In this document: positions 11,774 through 23,109 of the stretch, piece after piece
How the letters are laid out: each line of letters opens with the position of its first letter
Numbering within the stretch: position 1 is the first letter of the stretch
DNA from: Tubiluchus corallicola
Taxonomy: Eukaryota > Animalia > Priapulida
Direction: 5' to 3'
Assembly (NCBI GenBank): GCA_030141605.1
Contig: JAQGDQ010001028.1
Location: 1 to 28,829, forward strand
DNA length: 28,829 bases
Program-made: the position numbers and the translations under genes
Notes under the pieces: model-generated
What the model saw: the letters and a program-made list of their open reading frames with translations, nothing else
Databases searched by the model: none
What the model was told of the DNA's origin: nothing

Positions 11774-12560
11774 CCTTTTGGGATATCTAGGCTAACGAAA
11801 TTATGGGCCCCTCAAACAGAGCCACCCTTTAACTCACCTACACCCGTCATGAATATTTTTACTTGTGACATGTTAATCTCAGTGCTAGTTCGTGCTTTTT
11901 CATTGAAAAACATTGAGTGATAACATCAGTTCTGAGCTGATGGCTAGGGCTGGCGGATAATAAACTATTCTAAAACAAAATACCTGATATTTCACACTAA
12001 AAATAAACAAATCCCATCAATTAATGTGAATAAACGATACTCAAATGGAACTTTAAATTTCTTGGCAATATAATTGATCCACAGTTAACATGGTCTAAAC
12101 ATACAAACTTAATATGTGAACAGTTCTAAATGCCACAAGAGTTTTGAATCGGCTTAAATATTTTATTTCACTGGATGCTAAAATTCATTGATCATGAACC
12201 ATATAAGTTGTTTACTCGGTTAGGGGCCAAAATGTTCTAAAGTTGAAAAAAGTGTAAAAAACGTAGTTAGATGCTTAGCATGTTCTAAATATGATACTCA
12301 TATTGAACCAATATTTGAAAATCTTAGAACTGTAAAAAATTCAAGACACGTATTTTATTGTATTTGTCAAATTCTTTTATAAACATTTAAACTCGAAGTT
12401 AACCTGTTTATCATCAAAACCCCTCCTTCATTCGGAATGTCGAAAGGCATTTCTACCCCTCTCGGTACAAGTTGGATTTTTATTATATTAAAACTCCAAA
12501 ATATGCCAAACAGTCTGTAAAGTGCCGCTGTACCTAAATGTCTAAATGAACTTCGAGCAA

Positions 12561-13063
12561 TTCTTCTTCTTCTTCTTCTTCCCAGCTTTTCCCTATTCGG
12601 GGTCGCCATTGAGAATGAGTCTTCTCCACGCATTCCTGTTGTTGACCATCTCTTCATTTATGTCTTCCCTTCCCACATGATCTTCACCGACTCTTCTTTT
12701 CAGGTGTCCATACCATCGCAATCTTGCGAGGCTTCCACTACTTTTACTGTTCCTCTGATATTATTATTTCTAATTTTATCTCTTCTTATTATTCCCACCA
12801 TCCATCTCAACATCCTCATATCCACCACACCCATTTTCTTCTCTCCGGTCTTCTTTAGAGAAGCTGCTTCCAGCTCTTAGATTAGAGCGGGTCTGATCAC
12901 TTCTTTGTGGACTTTCCCTTTAAGTCTCACCGACTCATTCATAGAAGGTTTTGGCGCAGTTTTTACAGGCGGATGCCCTTCCTGACCCTAACCCTCCCAT
13001 TTATCCGGGCTTGGGACCGGCACTGAGTTGGGCTGGCTTGCCCCCCCCCCCAGTGGCTAGGTT
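12561..13063 (-). mobile_element. Bipartite non-autonomous RTE-clade retroposon (RTE 5' end fused to RTE 3' end)
   Basis: TSD aaatgaacttc(g/c)agcaa at 12544-12560 and 13064-13080; (GAA)n tail at 12561-12580. Region 12581-~12930 is homologous to the RTE at 8424-9013. Region ~12931-13063 holds the twister and a GGAAGGGCATCCG..GTAAAA motif. Confidence 0.88.
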
Positions 13064-13064
13064 A
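12987..13064 (-). ncRNA. Twister self-cleaving ribozyme (type P1 architecture) at the 5' end of an RTE-derived element
   Basis: The minus strand reads U^AA-CCUA-GC-CACUG...CAGUG-CCGG-UCCCAAGC-CCGG-AUAAA-UGGG-AGGG. P2 is CCUA/UGGG, P3 is CACUG/CAGUG, P4 is CCGG/CCGG with loop UCCCAAGC, and pseudoknot partners GC and AGGG are present. The 23-nt core UGCCGGUCCCAAGCCCGGAUAAA matches the rice twister as recalled. It is one G short of the usual P2'-GAGGG. Confidence 0.88.
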
Positions 13065-13275
13065 AATGAACTTCCAGCAAATATTTAGGTTAAATTATAC
13101 CATCCTGGTGAATATATTTGTACGGTGAACATGCAGTTCTATAAATTATTATTTGGACTCACATGTAGTATGTTCCAGAATAATTAATCCTGAGTGTATT
13201 TATGTTATTGTTTATTATTTTAGCAGTGATTTGTTACTACATTAACAGTGTACAATTTTGTATTTGTTTTTTCAG

Positions 13276-13392
13276 AAACTCAAAGGTAGAATTCGTATGG
13301 GAAAAGTAAATTGTCAACGGGAAACGTGGATTTGTCAGAAAGCCAGGATACATGAATATCCAACCGTTATGTTCTACAGTTCTTCAGAAACG
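13276..13392 (+). CDS. DNAJC10: DNAJC10/ERdj5 exon, second half of Trx4 (absent from the ORF track)
   Basis: Acceptor ttttttcag and donor ACG|GTGAGT; 39 codons, KLKGRIRMGKVNCQRETWICQKARIHEYPTVMFYSSSET, versus human IKGKVKAGKVDCQAYAQTCQKAGIRAYPTVKFY. Confidence 0.93.
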
Positions 13393-13511
13393 GTGAGTGA
13401 AAATGAAATGCACCTTTGTTTTTAGATTTGTTCTGTTTTGTTTATCGTGTTTCTTAGTCGCTAGAATGAAACTGCCGGAACTTTTGTAATAAATCCACAC
13501 ACTTACTCTAG

Positions 13512-13586
13512 CCGAAGTTAAGCAACGTAGAACCGGGTTAGTACTTGGATGGGTCACCGCCTCAGAATATCAGGTGCTGTAGGCTT
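13512..13586 (+). pseudogene. 5S rRNA-derived segment (about nt 45-120), head of a SINE3-like element
   Basis: ccgaagttaagcaacgtag..gggttagtacttggatgggtcaccgcct..gaatatcaggtgctgtaggctt follows the metazoan 5S 3' part, including box A and box C. The 5' ~45 nt are absent or degenerate, and there is no oligo-T terminator at the end. Confidence 0.85.
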
Positions 13587-14011
13587 GCGGGATGCGCACA
13601 CTGTGTCTCGACACTAGGCGGAGGAGCTGCACAAGGCAGCCAACGGTTAGAGGGCGGAGGAGGTCAAGTGACCCAACGGTCATGTGTAGAGGAGTAAACC
13701 TTCCAAATTAGGAGTGGAGCTCCGAAGGCGGACCAGTGCAGCATGCTCACTGACTCCGGCAGCTCCTGCAGCCAACCTGGTGCCAAACGTATCACTCCGC
13801 TTTCCTTTGGACTACATCAGGGAGAGGGGGTTCCTGTTGTATGGGCAACTCAGGATCTCCATACACCTTGCCCAGGCGTGCGCCCTGGAGACGTTCAAGG
13901 ATCGCACTGCTCAGCCACAGTCGAAGCTGCAGCTCCATCAATGTGATCAATAACTGACTCTCTTGGCGCACACTCCATTGTCTTCCGAGACAGAAGGATG
14001 CCAACAACAAC
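13512..14011 (+). mobile_element. Putative 5S-derived SINE (SINE3): 5S head, ~410-bp GC-rich body and (CAA)3 tail
   Basis: An abrupt GC-rich block in an AT-rich intron with no TTTT between 13512 and 14022; ends ggatgccaacaacaac. No convincing TSD. Confidence 0.65.
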
Positions 14012-14620
14012 TCTTGCACGAGTTTTCCACCATCTCATAAATAAGTGCAGCTGATACACTCAATAGTTCTTAGAACTATCTTTTCTGTTTACAACTGCAA
14101 ATGTAGATTCCTTTGGGAAAATATCTTGTTAACAGTTATAAGTTTTCTTGTAAATATTTATTATACATCTGATGAATGTTGAACAAGAACACATGAAGTG
14201 CTTGTATGCTCCAAGTTTACGTGGTTTTTATATAGCACTATTGCAAAAATGGTTTAAAATGTTACGGTTCTTAGACAGGAAGTAAAGTTTGCCTTTCTTA
14301 GACAGGAAGTATAGTTTGCCTGGTTTCATTTTAATTTGTGAAGGTTTCAAATGTAGTTTATGTATGTAAAGTTGTAAAATATTTTTAATCCAATGTAGGC
14401 AGACACGACTATTATATGCGATAAAAATTCAAGGTTCCTCATCAGTTACTTTTACTTGGCTTCATAGTTACACAAAGGCCTGTTCTTGTTTAGTTTCAAT
14501 TAATTGGAATTATATGCCTAGGCCACATTTCATAGAATTTTCTATTTTTGCAGATTCTGTTAATATTTTGTCATTTTGTGTATCGGTAGTGGAAGCAACG
14601 AGTCAAATCTTTATATATCG

Positions 14621-17600
14621 TATCACTGAATAACAACTTTTCTTTAAGTGGACAGTTAAGATAGTTGGACCCAAATATCACTGAACAACAAGTTTTCTTT
14701 AAGTGGACAGTTAAGATAGTTGGACCCAAATCTCACTGAACAACAAGTTTTCTTTAAGTGGACAGTTAAGATAGTTGGACCCAAATCTCACTGAACAACA
14801 CGTTTTCTTTAAGTGGACAGTTAAGATAGTTGGACCCAAATATCACTGAACAACAAGTTTTTTTAAGTGGACAGTTAAGATAGTTGGACCCAAATATCAC
14901 TGAACAACACGTTTTTTTTAAGTGGACAGTTAAGATAGTTGGACCCAAATATCACTGAACAACAAGTTTTTTTTAAGTGGACAGTTAAGATAGTTGGACC
15001 CAAATATCACTGAACAACAAGTTTTCTTTAAGTGGACAGTTAAGATAGTTGGACCCAAATCTCACTGAACAACACGTTTTCTTTAAGTGGACAGTTAAGA
15101 TAGTTGGACCCAAATATCACTGAACAACAAGTTTTTTTAAGTGGACAGTTAAGATAGTTGGACCCAAATATCACTGAACAACACGTTTTTTTTAAGTGGA
15201 CAGTTAAGATAGTTGGACCCAAATATCACTGAACAACAAGTTTTTTTTAAGTGGACAGTTAAGATAGTTGGACCCAAATATCACTGAACAACAAGTTTTC
15301 TTTAAGTGGACAGTTAAGATAGTTGGACCCAAATCTCACTGAACAACAAGTTTTCTTTAAGTGGACAGTTAAGATAGTTGGACCCAAATCTCACTGAACA
15401 ACAAGTTTTCTTTAAGTGGACAGTTAAGATAGTTGGACCCAAATATCACTGAACAACAAGTTTTTTTTAAGTGGACAGTTAAGATAGTTGGACCCAAATA
15501 TCACTGAACAACAAGTTTTCTTTAAGTGGACAGTTAAGATAGTTGGACCCAAATATCACTGAACAACAAGTTTTTTTTAAGTGGACAGTTAAGATAGTTG
15601 GACCCAAATCTCACTGAACAACAAGTTTTTTTTAAGTGGACAGTTAAGATAGTTGGACCCAAATATCACTGAACAACAAGTTTTCTTTAAGTGGACAGTT
15701 AAGATAGTTGGACCCAAATCTCACTGAACAACACGTTTTTTTTAAGTGGACAGTTAAGATAGTTGGACCCAAATCTCACTGAACAACAAGTTTTCTTTAA
15801 GTGGACAGTTAAGATAGTTGGACCCAAATATCACTGAACAACAAGTTTTCTTTAAGTGGACAGTTAAGATAGTTGGACCCAAATCTCACTGAACAACACG
15901 TTTTTTTTAAGTGGACAGTTAAGATAGTTGGACCCAAATATCACTGAACAACAAGTTTTTTTTAAGTGGACAGTTAAGATAGTTGGACCCAAATCTCACT
16001 GAACAACAAGTTTTTTTTAAGTGGACAGTTAAGATAGTTGGACCCAAATATCACTGAACAACAAGTTTTCTTTAAGTGGACAGTTAAGATAGTTGGACCC
16101 AAATATCACTGAACAACAAGTTTTCTTTAAGTGGACAGTTAAGATAGTTGGACCCAAATCTCATTGAATAACAACTTTTCTTTAAGTGGACAGTTAAGAT
16201 AGTTGGACCCAAATCTCACTGAACAACTAGTTTTCTTTAAGTGGACAGTTAAGATAGTTGGACCCAAATCTCACTGAACAACTAGTTTTCTTTAAGTGGA
16301 CAGTTAAGATAGTTGGACCCAAATCTCACTGAACAACAATTTTTTTTAAGTGGACAGTTAAGATAGTTGGACCCAAATCTCACTGAACAACAAGTTTTCT
16401 TTAAGTGGACAGTTAAGATAGTTGGACCCAAATATCACTGAACAACAAGTTTTCTTAAGTGGACAGTTAAGATAGTTGGACCCAAATCTCACTTTTCAAC
16501 ACGTTTTCTTTAAGTGGACAGTTAAGATAGTTGAACCCAAATATCACTGAACAACAAGTTTTCTTTAAGTGGACAGTTAAGATAGTTGGACCCAAATCTC
16601 ACTGAACAACAAGTTTTCTTTAAGTGGACAGTTAAGATAGTTGGACCCAAATATCACTGAACAACAAGTTTTCTTTAAGTGGACAGTTAAGATAGTTGGA
16701 CCCAAATATCACTGAACAACAAGTTTTCTTTAAGTGGACAGTTAAGATAGTTGGACCCAAATCTCACTGAACAACAAGTTTTCTTTAAGTGGACAGTTAA
16801 GATAGTTGAACCCAAATCTCACTGAACAACAAGTTTTTTTAAGTGGACAGTTAAGATAGTTGGACCCAAATCTCACTGAACAACAAGTTTTCTTTAAGTG
16901 GACAGTTAAGATAGTTGAACCCAAATCTCACTGAACAACAAGTTTCTTTAAGTGGACAGTTAAGATAGTTGAACCCAAATATCACTGAACAACAAGTTTT
17001 CTTTAAGTGGACAGTTAAGATAGTTGGACCCAAATCTCACTGAACAACAAGTTTTCTTTAAGTGGACAGTTAAGATAGTTGGACCCAAATATCACTGAAC
17101 AACAAGTTTTCTTTAAGTGGACAGTTAAGATAGTTGGACCCAAATATCACTGAACAACAAGTTTTCTTTAAGTGGACAGTTAAGATAGTTGGACCCAAAT
17201 ATCACTGAACAACAAGTTTTCTTAAGTGGACAGTTAAGATAGTTGGACCCAAATCTCACTTTTCAACACGTTTTCTTTAAGTGGACAGTTAAGATAGTTG
17301 AACCCAAATATCACTGAACAACACGTTTTCTTTAAGTGGACAGTTAAGATAGTTGAACCCAAATATCACTGAACAACAAGTTTTCTTTAAGTGGACAGTT
17401 AAGATAGTTGGACCCAAATCTCACTGAACAACAAGTTTTCTTTAAGTGGACAGTTAAGATAGTTGGACCCAAATATCACTGAACAACAAGTTTTCTTTAA
17501 GTGGACAGTTAAGATAGTTGGACCCAAATCTCACTGAACAACAAGTTTTCTTTAAGTGGACAGTTAAGATAGTTGAACCCAAATCTCACTGAACAACAAG

Positions 17601-17746
17601 TTTTTTTAAGTGGACAGTTAAGATAGTTGGACCCAAATCTCACTGAACAACAAGTTTTCTTTAAGTGGACAGTTAAGATAGTTGGACCCAAATCTCACTG
17701 AACAACACGTTTTCTTTAAGTGGACAGTTAAGATAGTTGAACCCAA
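14621..17746. repeat. 55-bp minisatellite, ~57 copies
   Basis: Unit tcactgaacaacaagttttctttaagtggacagttaagatagttggacccaaat(a/c). Confidence 0.98.
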
Positions 17747-18287
17747 GTCTTTAGTATTTTAGTGCAATTTATGTTTTAAATTAGATAACTTAATTATTTT
17801 CCTGCTTGTTTTTTTTATTAGTTTTCAGACAGTTTTGCTCATTTTTTCATTTGGGTTTCAATAGATTAGTTTGTTGTTGGTTAATTTAGCATCTTTCATG
17901 TTTACTTGTGTTTTCTTTGTACCTGTATTACCCGTGAATTGTACCTGCTGTATATTATGATTGATTTGTAACTATTAGGTCTTTTATTGTCCTGAACTTC
18001 TAGCGTTACTAATTTGCATGGACCAAGGTGAATAGTTGGCTTGTCTTGTCGTAAGTTTAGCTGCAAAGTTAACAACATTAGACTTGTTTAGTAAATGGAT
18101 GACTGGCTGTCATTAAGGGCCTCATCTCACTATTACTTCCAATATTTTTCTCATTAAGGGAAAATGTACAAACCATTGACCAGTACTGCTATTAGCTGTA
18201 GTTGTTATTAGTGAAAACAGATCGGTAGCTTTGTAAATTAACTTGAATAAAACCAATCTCCGATTGAACTCATATCACAAAGTGCTT

Positions 18288-18760
18288 GCTACATTGTGAA
18301 AATAGGTCAATGTATGCTACATTGTGAAAATAGGTCAATGTATGCTACATTGTGAAAATAGGTCAATGTATGCTACATTATGAAAATAGGTCAATGTATG
18401 CTACATTGTGAAAATAGGTCATGTATGCTACATTGTGAAAATAGGTCAATGTATGCTACATTGTGAAAATAGGTCAATGTATGCTACATTGTGAAAATAG
18501 GTCAATGTATGCTACATTGTGAAAATAGGTCAATGTATGCTACATTATGAAAATAGGTCAATGTATGCTACATTGTGAAAATAGGTCATGTATGCTACAT
18601 TGTGAAAATAGGTCAATGTATGCTACATGTGAAAATAGGTCAATGTATGCTACATTGTGAAAATAGGTCAATGTATGCTACATTGTGAAAATAGGTCAAT
18701 GTATGCTACATTGTGAAAATAGGTCAATGTATGCTACATTGTGAAAATAGGTCAATGTAT
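18288..18760. repeat. 28-bp minisatellite, ~17 copies
   Basis: Unit gctacattgtgaaaataggtcaatgtat. Confidence 0.97.
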
Positions 18761-18885
18761 TTTATGTATGGCAAGACAATGTGCACAAACAAAAAAAGAA
18801 CAACATGTCACCATTTTGAATTGCTCGATACAAGATGTCCGCTTGTAATTTCAGTAATTTAACTGATATTTGTTTGTGCGTTTAG

Positions 18886-18972
18886 AATTTCTTTGGAGAG
18901 AAGTTACACAGTACAGACATCTCAACTTTAAAGAAAACTGTTGAACAAAGACTTTCAAAAGAAAATTATAAG
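18886..18972 (+). CDS. DNAJC10: DNAJC10/ERdj5 penultimate coding exon
   Basis: Acceptor tttag and donor AAG|GTAAGT, phase 0/0; reads NFFGEKLHSTDISTLKKTVEQRLSKENYK, similar to human NFQEEQINTRDAKAIAALISEKL. Confidence 0.85.
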
Positions 18973-19392
18973 GTAAGTTGTAATCAGACAGCATATTTTC
19001 TGAATTATTTGCTGTTTGCATGTGTTGATAAAAATAATAGTAACAATAACAATAATTTTTTTTCGAGTAATATTCTGTATTTCATCACTCATTACAATGA
19101 AATACAATTAGTGGTAAATGTTAAAAATTAAGATATAAATGTAAAATGGTAGTAAAAACGCTGTTAATGTAGATTAAAAGTATTCAAAGACAGTAATAGA
19201 CTGACTGCAGCACAAATTTTTTAGAGTGAAAAAATATAATATATTATAGGAATAAGTTGTAATTAGAATGTAGCCAATGTAATGCAAACAGCAGTGGCTT
19301 GATGTTATCCAATTTTCTAGTGTTTGATAACAAACGAGCAGTTGTATTTATCACTGCTTGAAGCTTGTCTGACTCAGCTTTCTTTGGAATTA

Positions 19393-19771
19393 GCCTTTTG
19401 ACAGTTTTGTTGTGCGCACGCGCAGTTGCTGCAGGTCAAAGGTTAAGTGCATCACAGCAATGCATCTTCACTACAACTGTCACGTGATATATGTGTAAAG
19501 CAAAGCATCAGTTGCTGCATCAGTTCAGTTCCTATAGTTGTTTTACGTGGACTTTTCTTCATTATACATTAGTCTATGTGTAGAGTTAGATCTCACTTAG
19601 GAACTAGAAAAAATGAACTAGGTAAGGTTCTAGCTAGCTGTTAAAACTGTTACTATTACAATAGCATGGGCTGTGAGGGTTTATCAAGTGTTCACTAAAT
19701 GCATATTCTCTGGTACACTTAACCTTTGACCTTTTCAAGATCATCATCAATCACTGGAACTGTGAAAAGGC
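19393..19771. mobile_element. PIF/Harbinger-like MITE
   Basis: TIR gccttttgacagtt / aactgtgaaaaggc (13/14), flanked by TTA on both sides (an AT TSD two bases further out is an alternative reading). A perfect inner 17-bp inverted repeat lies at 19433-19449 / 19716-19732. Confidence 0.72.
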
Positions 19772-19998
19772 TTATTGCATAAAACATGCTATTGCAGGAA
19801 ATGTTCAATCAATCAATCAATCAATCAGTCAATTAATTTATGTTGACAATAGTGCATGACTAAGAACACCCACATTTATACCACGCAAAGTTGTAATGTG
19901 AACAGTAAACACGTGGTGGTGCTGATAGTTTTTCTAGATATCACTGTGCTTGTTTGTTGCTCATAATTCACTTTTTATGAATGTTCATTTGTTTTTAG

Positions 19999-20019
19999 AA
20001 GAGACGCGAGGAATTATGA
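19999..20019 (+). CDS. DNAJC10: DNAJC10/ERdj5 terminal coding segment KRREEL* (ER-retrieval signal)
   Basis: gtttttag|AAG AGA CGC GAG GAA TTA TGA gives a C-terminal REEL, a KDEL-type motif expected for ERdj5 (human ends KRNKDEL). Confidence 0.85.
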   Translation, partial: KRREEL

Positions 20020-20393
20020 AAACCGTTTAGCATAGACGTGACATGCGAGTTGAGTTCAACTTTCAAAACTCTGTTCCAAAGTTGTAAATTATTAGACTCA
20101 TATATAATCACTCATTATGCATTTTGTGATATGTTCGCTTTGCCTTGTATCTGTTTTCTTTATGTTGTTATAAGTATCAAATTACGCATTATTGAGATTT
20201 TTATTGTAGTTGCTTAGGTTATGTTATCTCTTCGTATTTATCACGTGTATTCATTCGTTTTTTATACTTTTATGGGCGTAGAATCTCAGAGTTTTCACAG
20301 GTTATGATATTTTACAAATTCTTTTGCTGTTGACAAAAAGTCAAATATGCAATCAAACTTCTTTGTAATGCCTACTTTGGGACTGCAAAAAAG

Positions 20394-20645
20394 CTTGCTT
20401 TAAGCGGGTTTGGCATCATAATGAGAAACGATACTTACGTCTATGCAAATATAGACCTTGCTTTAGGAGAGTTTGGCATCATAATGAGAAACAATACTTA
20501 CGTCTATGCAAATATAGACCTTGCTTTAAGCGGGTTTGGCATCATAATGAGAAACAATACTTACGTCTATGCAATAATAGACCTTGCTTTAAGCGGGTTT
20601 GGCATCATAATGAGAAACAATACTTACGTCTATACAAATATAGAC
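20394..20645. repeat. 63-bp tandem repeat x4 downstream of the DNAJC10 stop (probable 3' UTR)
   Basis: Unit cttgctttaagcgggtttggcatcataatgagaaacaatacttacgtctatgcaaatatagac; unrelated to the intronic 63-mer. Confidence 0.95.
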
Positions 20646-21077
20646 ATCTTTTTGCTAAAAATAATGGGCATTAAGTGAGTTTGGCATTATAAAGGGGTTG
20701 GGGGCGTTATGGCGAGGTTTGACTGTTTATGACATCTGTGTTGATAAAGTGCAATACTATGCTGTTTGTTTATTAGCCAAGAATGTTGTTGTAGTGTAAC
20801 TTTTAAATTAAATTTGTTAGTTAACTTCTAAATTATTCACCGTGTTGTTCTGTTTTGCAAATCTGTGGTGTCCGCTTGGTTAACAACTAGATTGACTCAA
20901 CAGTGAATTACTGCTAAACTACTGTAACAGTGATATTGGTTTATTGTGCCACCTGAATGAACAGTTTTGATCAGTTCTGTTAGTTACATTAAAGTTACTT
21001 TTGTGTCATATGTCTGCTAAATAATGAAACGCTGTGTGTAATAGGAAACCGAGGAAGCATCACATTTCATGTACAAG

Positions 21078-21483
21078 GTGAGAGAATGCAGCATTGTGTA
21101 ATGTTAATGTGAGAAAATGCAGTGTTGTGTAATGTTAATGTGAGAGAATGCAGTGTTACGTAATGTTAATGTGAGAGAATGCAGTGTTGTGTAATGTTAA
21201 TGTGGAGAATGCAGTGTTACGTAATGTTAATGTGGAGAATGCAGTGTTGCGTAATGTTAATGTGAGAGAATGCAGTGTTGTGTAATGTTAATGTGAGAGA
21301 ATGCAGTGTTGTGTAATGTTAATGTGAGAGAATGCAGTGTTGTGTAATGTTAATGTGAGAGAATGCAGTGTTGTGTAATGTAAATGTGAGAGAATGCAGT
21401 GTTGCATAATGTTAATGTGAGAGAATGCGGTGTTGTGTAATGTTAATGTGAGAGAATGCAGTATTGTGTGTAATGTTAATGTG
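21078..21483. repeat. 31-bp minisatellite, ~13 copies
   Basis: Unit gtgagagaatgcagtgttgtgtaatgttaat. Confidence 0.95.
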
Positions 21484-21524
21484 CGCCAAAAATCCTGTTT
21501 GCTGTAAAAGTTACTTCATTACAA

Positions 21525-21530
21525 AATAAA
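21525..21530 (+). promoter_or_regulatory. Candidate DNAJC10 polyadenylation signal
   Basis: First canonical AATAAA I found after the stop codon, followed by GU-rich ttttggtttgtgttgt ~35 nt downstream. Earlier ATTAAA variants exist. Confidence 0.4.
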
Positions 21531-21861
21531 CCATACATAATATTGTAGAATTCAGTTAATACCATTTTGGTTTGTGTTGTAGAAGTTTAGTTACAGAAAC
21601 TAAAGCGAATTTAGTAAAATTTAAAACGTAAAAATTTTTTAATTTAATTTATGCGAATTGCTTTTCAGTTTATTTGTTTATGTAATTAACAGACACTTAC
21701 TTTACTGTTAATTTATTTATTAAGTCTTTTAGTGTGTCTGTAAATACGTTTGGTTTCTAAAAATAGAAATTTTTGTAATAATTCTATTGACAACACAACT
21801 GCTTTCCTCAAATCTCAACAAGCCAATGTGATTAAGATGCTTAAGTCTGTATCATTTACAT

Positions 21862-22335
21862 CAGGGGTGTGCAAATTATCTGACTAGCCGGGCCATATTA
21901 AACTTTCCCACAATTCCTCAGGCAGTTTGATCAAGGAGCCAAGTACAGTAGGACCTAATAACGATTTTTTTTGCAGCCGACCTGCGTACATCATTACTAC
22001 TACACTGAAGAAACTATTTTAGAAGTTACTAAAATTTATATTACAAACCATATATTTCTACTTTCAGGACAGATAGTGGTAATTTCATTACAATGCATAT
22101 TAGTAATACGTATCACACAGTCTGTGTAGTACAGTGACATTAAGCTACAACCGTCTTGTAAGGGTTAATGGCATCCGATCTAGTAGAAAAAACTACCCGC
22201 ACTATCTTTGGGATCGTGGCACAGACTTCAGCTGGATACCTCAATTAATCGCCCGGGCCGCACTTTCATTAGCTTGACAAATCTCTTCGCGGGCCGCACA
22301 AATTCTCTCAGTGGGTCGCAATCTGCACACCCCTG
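21862..22335. mobile_element. hAT-type MITE
   Basis: TIR caggggtgtgcaaatt / aatctgcacacccctg (15/16); 8-bp TSD atttacat / ctttacat; gggccgca subterminal motifs. Confidence 0.85.
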
Positions 22336-23109
22336 CTTTACATGTTTCTGTAATTTTTGTGCTTCATAGTTATTTGGTGTTTTTTGGAAGTTGTAAAGTT
22401 TGACCATTCATTAAAATGTTTAATTAATAGAGTGACACAAAGTAAAATCAATTATTTTATTATTAAAGTAATATAATAATATAATTTGGTTGTCTTCCAT
22501 TAGTCTATTATACACATTTAAAATTAGATGTTTAGTTTGCTAGTTTTGCTGGTTTGCATGAAGTTTTTCTAAACTGCTACAGAAAAAAAAATCATTTTTG
22601 TCTTAATAATTAACTTTCTTAAAAAGTTTGTTGATTTGTAACATTGTTTAAGTGTCTCCTAAATGTGTGTTTAACATGCTGTCAATTCAAATGCGTACAG
22701 TTTTAAAATGAGGAATCCATTGGACAAATTTCAGTAAGAACAAAACTTTATCACAATTAAGAACACATGTACATGCATAATACAAATTCATTATATTTTA
22801 CCAGAATGCAATATAGTATCACAAACAATAAATTTTAAACAAAATTGGGGATGTAAATAATAAATTATGCAGCTCAAGCAACTACTAAATTGACAAAAAT
22901 TACAAAAAACATCTGAAATGCAAACCTGGACAACTTAAAATTGTAAAAAAGTGAATTATATCACAGTCAATAGATCAATAGTCAAGGAAAAAATTGCAAT
23001 TTATAATAAGAGCAACTAATCAGCAAGCAAACATTGTTATGGGAATCTTACTGTTACCATTTCATAAGATTTGTCAACAAACTACAAAATACAAATTCTA
23101 GATGACAAA

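Noticed and set aside
13512-13586. Functional 5S rRNA gene
   Set aside because: The 5' third is missing, there are several substitutions, and there is no terminator or tandem context.
13714-14019. Three overlapping short ORFs
   Set aside because: Expected by chance in a GC-rich SINE body; no protein motifs.
14766-17691. Five similar 60-aa Cys-containing ORFs
   Set aside because: They arise only where 1-bp indels in the 55-bp satellite skip stop codons; starts are non-ATG and the period is not a multiple of three.
20421-20678. 85-aa ORF with a 21-aa repeat
   Set aside because: It is a by-product of a 63-bp tandem repeat in the probable 3' UTR, with no recognisable domain.
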